This document shows positions 22,847 through 34,294 of a DNA stretch of 46,195 bases, piece after piece. This stretch comes from Octopus bimaculoides (lineage: Eukaryota). Location: contig NC_068984.1 of the NCBI RefSeq assembly GCF_001194135.2, positions 145,768,247-145,814,441 of the forward strand. Reading direction: 5' to 3'. The position numbers and the translations under genes are program-made. The notes beneath the pieces were generated by a model that saw nothing but the letters and a program-made list of their open reading frames with translations, was not told the DNA's origin and did no database searches. Each line of letters opens with the position of its first letter. The stretch's first letter is position 1.

Positions 22847-23267
22847 ATGGAATATACGAGAAACTTCATTCCTCACAACAATCGTTTCGACCCATCCTGC
22901 ATCGATCCCTCGCTGGTAGGGTCCTGTACAACTGGTTGTGGTGCATTCCTCGGTGCAGAAGTGGCTCGTCAGGTGATTTTTCAAGGGACACCTCGTCTAC
23001 ACGTAAGCCTAGTAACTGTTTATAAGATTGCAACGGAATTTGTCCCACGCCAAGGGCTAAACCTTACGGTCACTAATAACATGCTGTATCAAAATCGAGC
23101 GAAGTAGAGTTTATTTAACGAGATACTCCTTGAAAAATCACCTAATGAGACACTTTTGCGCCGAGGGATGCACCACAACCAGTTGTACATTATCCCATCA
23201 GCGAGGGAACGATGCAAGATGGGACGAAACGATCGTTCTGAGCAATACATGTTTTCGTATATTCCAT
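22847..23267. mobile_element. Foldback element: about 150-bp imperfect inverted arms (22847-22996 / 23118-23267), each with a hammerhead-like motif
   Basis: Arms start ATGGAATATACG and end CGTATATTCCAT. Minus arm: tcac CTGACGA G..C GAAA CGATTG TT gtga. Plus arm: tcac CTAATGA G..C GAAA CGATCG TT ctga. Confidence 0.7.
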
Positions 23268-23382
23268 ACACACATACATATTTATATATACATTCATACA
23301 TACATATACATATATTCGTATAGACATACATACACACACTCACGCACACATACGTACGTACATACATACATACATACATACA

Positions 23383-23416
<34 letters not shown>

Positions 23417-23459
23417 CATACATACATATATGTCTATATTTGTGTGTATATTTAAGTGA

Positions 23460-23690
23460 ATATATGCCAGTGGATGTCTGTATCTAACCAAACGTTTTTC
23501 ATTGGTTTTCCATGGAACTCAGTAGAGTTTCCGCCCTCCAAATTCCAACCTGAAGGTATTTGTCAATACGAAATGACACTTCAAGACACTTGAAGACATA
23601 ACGAAGCTCATGTTGGGATCGGACTCGGAACTACGGGATGGAGTAGCAGCGAAGAAAACCTCGCTTCATCTTGCAGCTCTGCCTGCGCCC
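23460..23690 (-). mobile_element. Highly diverged SINE family B, 5' half
   Basis: Reverse complement aligns loosely to the head/CORE consensus (GTAGTTCCGAGTCCGATCCCA.., GGAATTTGGAGGGCGGAAAC). Confidence 0.5.
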
Positions 23691-24042
23691 AAAGCAGACG
23701 GAATAAAGAGATGAAATGTCTTAGATATCCGTTTCGTATTGTCCTTCGTCTCTCGGTTGTTGTTGTCGGAAGAAACATGACGTGAAGGAATAAACGAATT
23801 CTTAAACAAACACGCTTCAACATCCTGTTTGAATATTTTAGCCTCTTTCTCCACATAACAACGGAATCATCTTCATTTCTTCCGCTAGAGAACAGCTCTG
23901 TATTACCAGAAACATGTAGCAACAACAACAAGCGACTGAAAGGAGAGCCTTCGGAGATATTCATCCAACGTTACTTGTTTAACTGGCAACGTTATTGGCA
24001 CCGTTGAAATGGTTTACTCTGAGATATTGTCAAGAAGCCAAG

Positions 24043-24094
24043 TGACGTCACATTCCTTCTTTCTGTCAATCTTGGGTTTATTATGATGACGTCA
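24043..24094. promoter_or_regulatory. Pair of perfect CRE palindromes TGACGTCA (24043-24050, 24087-24094)
   Basis: The motif match is exact; function is only inferred. Confidence 0.35.
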
Positions 24095-24156
24095 ACGAGA
24101 GAAACAACCACCTGCCGCCCATTTCAGCAGGAATGAAACATAACATTTTATTATTA

Positions 24157-24217
<61 letters not shown>

Positions 24218-25624
24218 TCTTGTTGTTGCTGTTGTNNNNNNNNNNNNNNNNNNNNNNNNNNNNNNNNNNNNNNNNNNNNNNNNNNNNNNNNNNNNNNNNN
24301 NNNNNNNNNNNNNNNNNNNNNNNNNNNNNNNNNNNNNNNNNNNNNNNNNNNNNNNNNNNNNNNNNNNNNNNNNNNNNNNNNNNNNNNNNNNNNNNNNNNN
24401 NNNNNNNNNNNNNNNNNNNNNNNNNNNNNNNNNNNNNNNNNNNNNNNNNNNNNNNNNNNNNNNNNNNNNNNNNNNNNNNNNNNNNNNNNNNNNNNNNNNN
24501 NNNNNNNNNNNNNNNNNNNNNNNNNNNNNNNNNNNNNNNNNNNNNNNNNNNNNNNNNNNNNNNNNNNNNNNNNNNNNNNNNNNNNNNNNNNNNNNNNNNN
24601 NNNNNNNNNNNNNNNNNNNNNNNNNNNNNNNNNNNNNNNNNNNNNNNNNNNNNNNNNNNNNNNNNNNNNNNNNNNNNNNNNNNNNNNNNNNNNNNNNNNN
24701 NNNNNNNNNNNNNNNNNNNNNNNNNNNNNNNNNNNNNNNNNNNNNNNNNNNNNNNNNNNNNNNNNNNNNNNNNNNNNNNNNNNNNNNNNNNNNNNNNNNN
24801 NNNNNNNNNNNNNNNNNNNNNNNNNNNNNNNNNNNNNNNNNNNNNNNNNNNNNNNNNNNNNNNNNNNNNNNNNNNNNNNNNNNNNNNNNNNNNNNNNNNN
24901 NNNNNNNNNNNNNNNNNNNNNNNNNNNNNNNNNNNNNNNNNNNNNNNNNNNNNNNNNNNNNNNNNNNNNNNNNNNNNNNNNNNATCGGGTATCTGGCCTA
25001 AATACTTGCGACAGAGTAGACTTCCCTAAAGATCCCCGAGGCCCGGGTGGTGATGTTAAATCGGGAGACGGATTAGGTCTGACACCCAGCTAGGCCAGGG
25101 CGGGATTTGAACTCAGAACGTGAAGAGCCGAAACAAATATTGCATGGTTAAGCCTGAAGGGGGCAGACCCTTTATCAAATCCACTCCAACTATGACCCTC
25201 CTCATTTCAAGGTGGAATGTTGGTCAACGTTATCCTGTGTATTCTTTCGTCAATGTTTGGTTGCTATTTATAGCAGATCGATCGATCAGAGTGTTCCCCA
25301 ATGAAATAGGTGATCAATATGTATATCCTATGTTGATCAATAATTGAAACTTGAGCTATTTTGTTAGAAGTGATTCATGAGACAGAGATCAATCATCGAC
25401 TCACACAGCTGTCACAATTGACGTCATTCGGCGTTTTACATTTCCTGTTAAATTGGGGGGACAGGATATTTTTCTGAGTCACTAGGTCATAAAGATACAC
25501 ATTCACGCACGCACACACACACACACATTGCCCGACTGAGGATTATCGATTAGATAATCATTCACTCTCAGATGTATTTTGAAGTTTACAATTCGAAGTG
25601 ACCAGACAACTTTTTTGAATTTAC

Positions 25625-25765
25625 AATTTCTATCTATCTATCTATCCATCCATCTATCTATCTATCTGTTTATCTATCTCTATGTCTCTATCTATCTTTA
25701 TGTCTCTATCTATTTATCTATCTATCTATCTGTCAATCTATCTGTCTATCTATCTATCTAACTAT
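25625..25765. repeat. (TCTA)n microsatellite
   Basis: Seen directly. Confidence 0.92.
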
Positions 25766-26699
25766 CCTAGACTTTCTCTCAAAATAGACCGACATCACCG
25801 CTTGATGGTTATTAAACAAAGACTATTTCCATATGACAGAATGTAAATGTCCTTCAAGTTCCTGATAACATATTTTAATACATTGGTCATCAAAAAGCCA
25901 GACAGACATACTTATATGGTAAAGAAATTGTACCATTAATCTCACTGACAAATTCAATGAGTTTAATGTCATCGTTAAGCCATTCAAATCGGGCGACATA
26001 CCCGATCCAATGTAATTTTCCTGCTTCTGACGCCCCACTCGAGCAACAAGACACGAACGTCTGGCCTGGATTTTAGTCATACTGGTTTTTAGCTCAGCTG
26101 AAATATCTCATCTGTGCACATATATCTACAGATGATAGCAGTAGTTCGCCAACTAAAATGGTTGATCTTGGCCATTGACACTTTGTTGTCTGATAATCCA
26201 CTCAGTATTTAGTGGTATTCGACATTGATTCAATAAGATTCATTTGCTGGAATTGCTTACATCTACCATGTTACATCTAATGATTTCAATGCATCCTGCC
26301 TCGCGTGATTACGTGCTTTTTGACCCACAGTTGTGCACTTGAGAGATGTTACTACTCCGGGTCAGAGTAGATCTGGGGACAATAGTGGCTAAAAGGTGAT
26401 CCCACACTCCTCAAAACTTTGGAGCAGCCGAACCAGGGTCAGCTGCCGTAAGAAGTTTAAAGTTATACTCAGGACTGTAGGAAAATTTGTCTATGCTTCG
26501 GTGTTATCGTACCTCAGTGAATCATAAATTGCAAGATATGAGATCGAGGATGAGTGACAATTTTACTGAAAAGGTATGTACGTACGTAGGGCCTCCGTCA
26601 CTCGAGGCTAACCATGGGTGATGTCATTCGTCCGCTGAGTTGTCTACCTGAAAAGGTATAAAACAGGAATACGTCCATACTTGTCATATTTCCGAGGAA

Positions 26700-26870
26700 T
26701 CGTAGGTTTGGTCGTGTGGTTATGAAGTCAGATTTGCAACCATTTAATTTTATTTGTTGTCTTAATGCGTGGCACCACGTGTAAGTGTCTTCTACTGTAA
26801 CTCCAGGCCGGCCAATGCCTCATCAGTAAATTTGGGGGATGGAAACCTGTGCGGAAGCCCATAGTATACG
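26700..26870 (+). mobile_element. SINE family B, 5' half
   Basis: GTCGTGTGGTTATGAAG..TGCGTGGCACC..AAGTGTCTTCTACTGTA..GGATGGAAACCTGTGCGGAAGCCC. Confidence 0.78.
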
Positions 26871-27025
26871 TACATGTATGTGTGCGCACGCGCGCGCGCG
26901 TGTGTGTATACATCTAAATTTATAGCATTAGTCAATCTGAATCATTTTGCTCACCTCTGCGTGCGCGCGTATATACATGCATGTATATACACACATATAT
27001 ATATATGAATATATATATATATAAT

Positions 27026-27065
<40 letters not shown>

Positions 27066-28083
27066 CAAGGTGCTGCACAATAAGACTGAAGTGGAAACCA
27101 CGATGTTGAGAAAGAAGATTCCTAACCCTAATCCATATACACGCGCGCGCGCACATATACACACATATACATATATACATATATATNNNNNNNNNNNNNN
27201 NNNNNNNNNNNNNNNNNNNNNNNNNNNNNNNNNNNNNNNNNNNNNNNNNNNTGAGGAGGGTCATAGTTGGAGTGGATTTGATAAAGGGTCTGCCCCCTTC
27301 AGGCTTAACCATGCAATATTTGTTTCGGCTCTTCACGTTCTGAGTTCAAATCCCGCCCTGGCCTAGCTGGGTGTCAGACCTAATCCGTCTCCCGATTTAA
27401 CATCACCACCCGGGCCTCGGGGATCTTTAGGGAAGTCTACTCTGTCGCAAGTATTTAGGCCAGATACCCGATTTAAGCATATTTTCTTCTTTTCCTTCCA
27501 TAATAGGGTCTTTCCCATCAGGGTTGGCTTTGGGGCATTTGATGCAACTCTTTGCTTTCTAACTTCCTATCCCGCCGCGACCTACACTGGTGATAATGTA
27601 ATCTGCCACCCAGTTTAACCTTGCATCTTGGGTGCATTTAACGGAGTCCACTCCGTTTCAAGCATTCAGCGCAGGTACCCGATATAAGAATACTCTCTTG
27701 TTTCCCACCCACCTGCCCAGGGAGACCCTGAAAATGGTCGTGACCCGAACCCTTCAATCCTGATTTAGCGATAAACAACCACAACAACAATAACAACAAC
27801 CACAGCAACAGTTTGTTATCGTAATAGAGACATCACCTGGGAGAGTTTATATAAACAGGGAAGGAACACTTTCAAGTGGGGTGGGGGGAGTTGAAGCTGT
27901 TTGTAAGTCTTTGTTTACAACGAAAATGTTGAAGAAGAACAACAACAAGAACAAAATCAACGACGATGACGACGACGACGATGACGACGACGATGACGAT
28001 GAAGTAGATATATAAATCAATAAATAGAAAAAGATAATAAAATAAACATCCAATAAAACCGAAAAACAACAGCAACAACAAGA

Positions 28084-28126
<43 letters not shown>

Positions 28127-29214
28127 NNNNNNNNNNNNNNNNNNNNNNNNNNNNNNNNNNNNNNNNNNNNNNNNNNNNNNNNNNNNNNNNNNNNNNNNNN
28201 NNNNNNNNNNNNNNNNNNNNNNNNNNNNNNNNNNNNNNNNNNNNNNNNNNNNNNNNNNNNNNNNNNNNNNNNNNNNNNNNNNNNNNNNNNNNNNNNNNNN
28301 NNNNNNNNNNNNNNNNNNNNNNNNNNNNNNNNNNNNNNNNNNNNNNNNNNNNNNNNNNNNNNNNNNNNNNNNNNNNNNNNNNNNNNNNNNNNNNNNNNNN
28401 NNNNNNNNNNNNNNNNNNNNNNNNNNNNNNNNNNNNNNNNNNNNNNNNNNNNNNNNNNNNNNNNNNNNNNNNNNNNNNNNNNNNNNNNNNNNNNNNNNNN
28501 NNNNNNNNNNNNNNNNNNNNNNNNNNNNNNNNNNNNNNNNNNNNNNNNNNNNNNNNNNNNNNNNNNNNNNNNNNNNNNNNNNNNNNNNNNNNNNNNNNNN
28601 NNNNNNNNNNNNNNNNNNNNNNNNNNNNNNNNNNNNNNNNNNNNNNNNNNNNNNNNNNNNNNNNNNNNNNNNNNNNNNNNNNNNNNNNNNNNNNNNNNNN
28701 NNNNNNNNNNNNNNNNNNNNNNNNNNNNNNNNNNNNNNNNNNNNNNNNNNNNNNNNNNNNNNNNNNNNNNNNNNNNNNNNNNNNNNNNNNNNNNNNNNNN
28801 NNNNNNNNNNNNNNNNNNNNNNNNNNNNNNNNNNNNNNNNNNNNNNNNNNNNNNNNNNNNNNNNNNNNNNNNNNNNNNNNNNNNNNNNNNNNNNNNNNNN
28901 NNNNNNNNNNNNNNNNNNNNNNNNNNNNNNNNNNNNNNNNNNNNNNNNNNNNNNNNNNNNNNNNNNNNNNNNNNNNNNNNNNNNNNNNNNCCCGTAGTTC
29001 CGAGTCCGATCCCAACATGAGCTTCGTTATGTCTTCAAGTGTCTTGAAGTGTCATTTCGTATTGACAAATACATTCAGGTTGGAATTTGACCGTTTGACG
29101 CAGCTCTCTACACAAGGCTGAGACAAGACTTTCCAAATACTCACCCATGACCTCCTTGTCAGACTAATCGATGCCACAGATGATGCTACAGAGTTTATAG
29201 AGTTAAACAACAGA

Positions 29215-29550
29215 AAAGCAGCGAACTGGCAGAATCATTAACATGCCGGACAAAATGCTTTGCAGAATTTTGTCCGTCTCTACGTTCTGAGTTCAAATTC
29301 CGCCGAGGTCGACCTTGCCTTTCATCGTTTCGGGGTCATAAAATACACACTGGTTGATTTTTGGGGTCGATGTAATCGACTTTCCCTCCTCCCCCGAGAT
29401 TGCCGGCCATGTGCCAAAATCCGAAACCAATATTATTATTATCACTAAAATCGCGAGCTGGCAGAAACTCTAGCACGCCGGACAAAACGCTCAACAGCAT
29501 TGCGTCTGTCCTCGTGCTCTGAGCTCAAATTCCGTCACGGTCGACTTTCA
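29215..29550 (+). mobile_element. Two tandem SINE family A copies (full 29215-29432; truncated 29447-29550)
   Basis: Two heads G(A/C)GA(A/G)CTGGCAGAA and two GAG(T/C)TCAAATTCCG B-boxes. Confidence 0.85.
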
Positions 29551-29803
29551 GGAACACTAGTGGTTTATTGAGGCGGAAGGCTGCAGATTTTTTCTCTTAT
29601 CGAAGAACGATGAGTTGAAAAGAAAGTTCCTTTTATATGCCTCGGTAGGCAACCACTGTTGGTGGGTGGGAGAAAAAGAATACAAGAGTTACGGAATTTC
29701 CCATACTCCATTCCGTAACTCTTGGATATTGATATACATATATACATATATATATACATAATTTGACACATATATGTATATATTGGCGACCGGNNNNNNN
29801 NNN

Positions 29804-29834
<31 letters not shown>

Positions 29835-29974
29835 ATACATACATTCGTACGTATATAGATAACATGCATATGCACATAGATAACTATATACATATATTTA
29901 TATACACACGCACACCCATACACATACATATATATATACATAATTTGACACATATATGTATATATTGGCGACCG

Positions 29975-30140
29975 GTGTTGGTGTGTGTATGTCCGTGTAA
30001 TGTAGCGTTCCGGCAAAACAGACCAATAGAACAAATACCAGTTTTGATAAACAAACATAGGCACTGGGGTTATTTTGTTCAACCAAAAACCTTCAGACGT
30101 GATGACCCCAGCATGGCCGCAGTTCAATAACTGAAACAAG
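29975..30140 (+). mobile_element. SINE family B, 3' half
   Basis: CCGGTGTTGGTGTG..CCCCAGCATGGCCGCAGTTCAATAACTGAAACAAG. Confidence 0.82.
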
Positions 30141-30324
30141 AAGGTATGAGACAGAGATAGTCGATCTTTGATTGCGTGTGGGGGTGGGGTACTTGATTCT
30201 GGTACCCTTCTCGGGTGAGTACGGTACCCTCTGAACCTTGCTCTGTTCTTATCTGCAAATCCATTTTAATGAAAGCAGATAAGAGATTAAAACATTTTAA
30301 GAGTTTCTGTTTTTGAACTAGAGA

Positions 30325-30552
30325 TAATAGATTTTCAAATTTGGGCACAAGGCCAGCAATTTCGGGGGAAGAGCAAGTGGGCTAAATCGACCCTAGTGTT
30401 CAACTGGTACTTGTTTTTTTTCGATCTCCGAAAATAAGAAAGGCAAAGCCGACTTCGGCGGAATTTGAAACCAGAACGTAAATACGAGCGGTATGCTGCC
30501 TCGAAGCATCCGGCCCCGGCGCGCTAACGACTCTGCTAGCTCGTCGCCTTAC
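30325..30552 (-). mobile_element. SINE family A
   Basis: GGCACAAGGCC..AAAGGCAAAGCCGACTTCGGCGGAATTTGAA..GCTAGCTCGTCGCCTTA. Confidence 0.85.
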
Positions 30553-30769
30553 GCTAAAGAAAATATTAGTCAGAAATTAGCTGAAAATTATCATTTCTCG
30601 TTGAAATATTCTAATTGTTAAGTTTTTATTTGTTAATAAAGTAAACAAATTTAATTTTGACAAGATAACATACCACGTGTTCACCTGACGTCAGATCGTC
30701 TTTCAGTTAATGTTTACTGATAATGTCTAAATAAATATTTCTAGCTAATTTCTCTCTTTTACTCTTCAT

Positions 30770-30975
30770 TTTTTATTTGTTTCAGTCATTGGATTGCGGC
30801 CAAGTTGGAGCATCGCTTTGAAGGCTTTTAGCGAAACAAATCAACGCCGGAACTTATGTTCTTTTTTTTGTTTGTTTGTTTTTTTTTCTTTTTGTTTAAT
30901 CTGGTACTTATTCAATCATCTCTTTTACCGAACTTCTAAGTTAGGGGGATGTAAACAAACCAACACCATATGTCC
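30770..30975 (-). mobile_element. SINE family B, 3' half
   Basis: TTTGTTTCAGTCATTGGATTGCGGCCAAGTTGGAGCA..GTAAACAAACCAACACC. Confidence 0.8.
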
Positions 30976-31019
30976 AACGGTCAGTTTTGGAGGTGGGAAA
31001 AGGAGAGACAAAGACATTA

Positions 31020-31172
31020 TATTTACATTATTTACATTATTTACATTTGACGGATATTTGTCCTCATCTTGTTTGTTGTTAACACAACATTTCGGCTGAT
31101 ATACCCTCCAGCCTTCGTCAGGTGTCTTGGGGAAATTTCGAACCTGGGTTCTCATTCCTAAGGCATTTTCGA

Positions 31173-31175
<3 letters not shown>
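31020..31175 (-). mobile_element. Penelope-like terminal remnant with two tandem hammerhead-like motifs
   Basis: Minus strand: GGAATGA GAACC ca GGTTC GAAA TTT C, followed by CTGACGA aGGCTG..CAGCC GAAA TGT T. Confidence 0.55.
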
Positions 31176-31204
<29 letters not shown>

Positions 31205-31207
<3 letters not shown>

Positions 31208-31312
31208 TCACTTTATGGTTAAAAAGCTCCCTTTTCAAGCTCATTGTTTCAGATTCAATTTCACTGCGCAGCACCTTGGGCAAGTGCCATCTACTATAGC
31301 ACCGGACCGAAC
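31205..31312 (+). mobile_element. SINE family B, 5' fragment
   Basis: CACTGCGCAGCACCTTGGGCAAGTGCCATCTACTATAGC. Confidence 0.75.
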
Positions 31313-31337
31313 AATCCTATATGCATACATACACATC

Positions 31338-31392
<55 letters not shown>

Positions 31393-31394
<2 letters not shown>

Positions 31395-31460
31395 TCTTAA
31401 ACAAGAATATTGTTGACAGTGACTTCGAAGTCACTGTCAACAATGTCTTTGCTTAAGAAT
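31393..31460. repeat. 68-bp loop-free palindrome (30/34 paired; inner 18 bp perfect)
   Basis: ATTGTTGACAGTGACTTC|GAAGTCACTGTCAACAAT centred at 31426/31427. Confidence 0.95.
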
Positions 31461-31539
31461 AATAAATCTGTGTTCTACAAAAGTAGAGAGTAGCCTATCA
31501 GATTAATGTAAAATTGTCTTCATTATGATGAAATATATA

Positions 31540-31702
31540 TACATTGGACGGGATTCCACACAGTTTCCGTCCACCAAATTCACTGATAATGCTTCGATCG
31601 GAACAGGACTATAGTAGAAGATAAAAAGGTGTTGCGTATTGAGACAGAACCTAAAACCACATGGTTGCAAAGTGACCTTCTTAACCACACAGCCATGCCT
31701 AC
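31540..31702 (-). mobile_element. SINE family B, 5' half
   Basis: CAGTTTCCGTCCACCAAATT..ACTATAGTAGAAGA..TTAACCACACAGCCATGCCT. Confidence 0.8.
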
Positions 31703-31814
31703 ACTGAAGTTAAGAATGTGTGAAAAAATATGAACAAATTTTATGATTTTTCATAAATAATTCAAAATGGATTTTAAAAGAAAACATCGAATAAAACAAA
31801 TAACAATGATAGTC

Positions 31815-31919
31815 TCAATTTTTGGCACGAGGCCAGCAAATTAAACTGGTACTTATTTCATCGACCCCGAAAGGATGTGAGGCAAAGTCGACCTCAGCGG
31901 AATTTGAACTCAGAACGTA
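31815..31919 (-). mobile_element. SINE family A, deleted fragment
   Basis: CTGGTACTTATTTCATCGACCCCGAAAGGATG..AAAGTCGACCTCAGCGGAATTTGAACTCAGAACG. Confidence 0.82.
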
Positions 31920-32547
31920 ACTATAACAATAACAAAACAGATCTCAAACTCTGTACCGAGAAAGAGATTCTTTGTGTGTCTCGTGACGTCACGCAAAACA
32001 AGTTTCTTTCGACACAAAGCGTGCCTAATAGATTTAATGGACCAAAGCCAGTATTTCAGCTGCTATTGAAGTTATAAAATGCAACGCTATTCAGAATATT
32101 TCGTTTCTAAAGTTGTTTGCTTTCCTTCCACACCTTCGACATTCTAGAATTCTTACGTATTTTTGTCAAGATTCTTTATTTAACGACATTCTAAAGACTT
32201 CCTATGAGTATTGTGATTTTCCCTCCTCTTTTCCCGAACTCCACTCCTCTGCTACTTTGACAGTCAACTAGGATGTCTTTGATCTCGTCAGTCGACAATA
32301 GATAATGTAGAAAAATATTTGAATATTTAATGAATGGTTGATAATTAATGAATAATCAACGAATGGTTAATCTTTAAGGTTAAATGTTTTGGGCTGAAAG
32401 AAATTTAGAAAAATGGAGAGAGAAAGAGCTACAAAGAAAGGGCAATAATAATAGAATAAAGAGATAGAAACAGAGAAAGGGAAAAGTCTTCAAATGTTAT
32501 TCTCTGCATCGCTTCCGTGAGCGCTACACTCGTACGACGTGGAAAAG

Positions 32548-32766
32548 ATTCTTTTCTACTCTAGGCACAAGGCCCAAAATTTGGGGTGGGGGAGGCCAGT
32601 CGATTAGAACGACCCCAGCACGCAACTGATACTTAATCTATCGACCCTGAAAGAAAGAAAGACAAAGTCGACCTCGGTGGAATTTGAACTCAGAACGTAA
32701 CGGCAGACGAAATACCGCTAAGCATTTTGCCCGGCGTGCTAACGATTCTAGCCGCTCGCCACCTTA
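32548..32766 (-). mobile_element. SINE family A, full length
   Basis: Nearly the reverse complement of 5383-5599. Confidence 0.9.
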
Positions 32767-34294
32767 CGATGTGGAAAATATTCCATAAAAACTGTCCAAA
32801 TGATGCGGCATGTTGAAACAAAAACCGTTATTTATATTAAACGACATATTTGCATTTCTATTAAAATGTTTTTTTCCTGTCATCAATTGCTCCCAGACAC
32901 GTGTTTAATGAAAAACGCCGCACAAGTCTTTCATTTATTTTTTTATCATTTATTTATTTACCTGTTTATTACAGGTAGTCCTTGTAATAAAATACGTTAC
33001 AAGTTTCATGACTGCCGCATGCTGATTGGATGCAATTTCTCGCCGCCTTCTCCGTGTAATTTGCCAATGGTGACATAATACAATAAACAAGCGCTAACAA
33101 GAAAATTCGATGGAAGACCGGACAACAGCTTGTTTCGTTTGTCGATCAGAAATGACTGAAATATAAATAGAAAAAATAAATAAATACGAAGAGTAATTTT
33201 ATTGATCGGAACTCATTCTCGTAACTTCCAGCAAAACAGTTAAGGCAGTGACACCAACACATAACATTTCATATCTTCCAAAATATTCTTTCTTTCTACA
33301 ATAGGAACGGGCGTGGTGGAGTTAGTCGATTATATCGATCCCCATTGTTCAGCTGCTATTTATTTCATCGACCCCCGAAAGGATTGGAAGGTAAAATAAA
33401 GAACAAAAAATATTTCTAAGGTATTTTCTCATATTGTAATATATTGTAATAAAATGATATTCGTCCATGCTGAGAAATTTATCAAAGAAGTCGAAATTTC
33501 GTTATGAAATACAGGCTCCCAGACATGCATAGCTCTTCCATCATAATTCCATTCCAGCTAGGATACCATTATGGCGATGTGTCCGAAGATCATGAAGACG
33601 AGTGACTCGCTCTCAAGTGGTTCTTTAAACCGATCTTTGACGCTGCAGGACTTTTCTTCTCACCTTCATTTAGTAGATTTCAAGAGAGAATCAATCCACA
33701 CAATCTGATTCCATTCTTTAGACTTGGAGATCTGACCACAGTGGTTCAGCGGGTTAAGATGGCTGCAGTGACCAGCAAGCTGAAAATTTCACACTGGAGT
33801 GGCCTTCTCCCAGATGAATTGCCTTACAAAGCTGGAGAGCCCCACCTTACTTGATGTTGTCAGAAAGGTGTCAAAGAGAGCCCTGGACCTCCTGAGGGAC
33901 TCCATTCCTTGCATGGCTGCCCAGAATGACTTCACAAGCTTTTCTTTCCTATGCCATTCATAAGGCATTGAGGGTTTGTGCTTGGAGTTTCTTTAGTAAC
34001 ACGCTAATTAATCTCTTGCTGAGACCCTAACAGGTGTTACTTACCCTGGGTCAGAGAAGATCTGGGAACAAGAGTGGTTAAGAATGGATCCAAACTCCTC
34101 GACATCCTGAAACTCCCGAACTAGGGGCCGATACCGGATGCAGTTTAAAGTCTTACCCAGGACAAAGAATGCTTTACATGAATATTTCATCTACCCCAGC
34201 ACTAGACAGGTTTTTCACTTTATAAACACCTCCCGGAAAGATGAAAGGCAAATTTGACTTCGGCAAGATGTGAACGCAGAACATATAGATGCAG

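Noticed and set aside
26519-26574. Possible 56-nt plus-strand exon (NHKLQDMRSRMSDNFTEK|GTATGT)
   Set aside because: The donor lies in CTGAAAAGGTAT, which recurs about 80 bp later in repeat-like sequence; there is no independent support.
29748-29974. 46-bp direct repeat flanking the 10-N gap at 29794-29803
   Set aside because: Probably an allelic or unmerged overlap within a microsatellite region.
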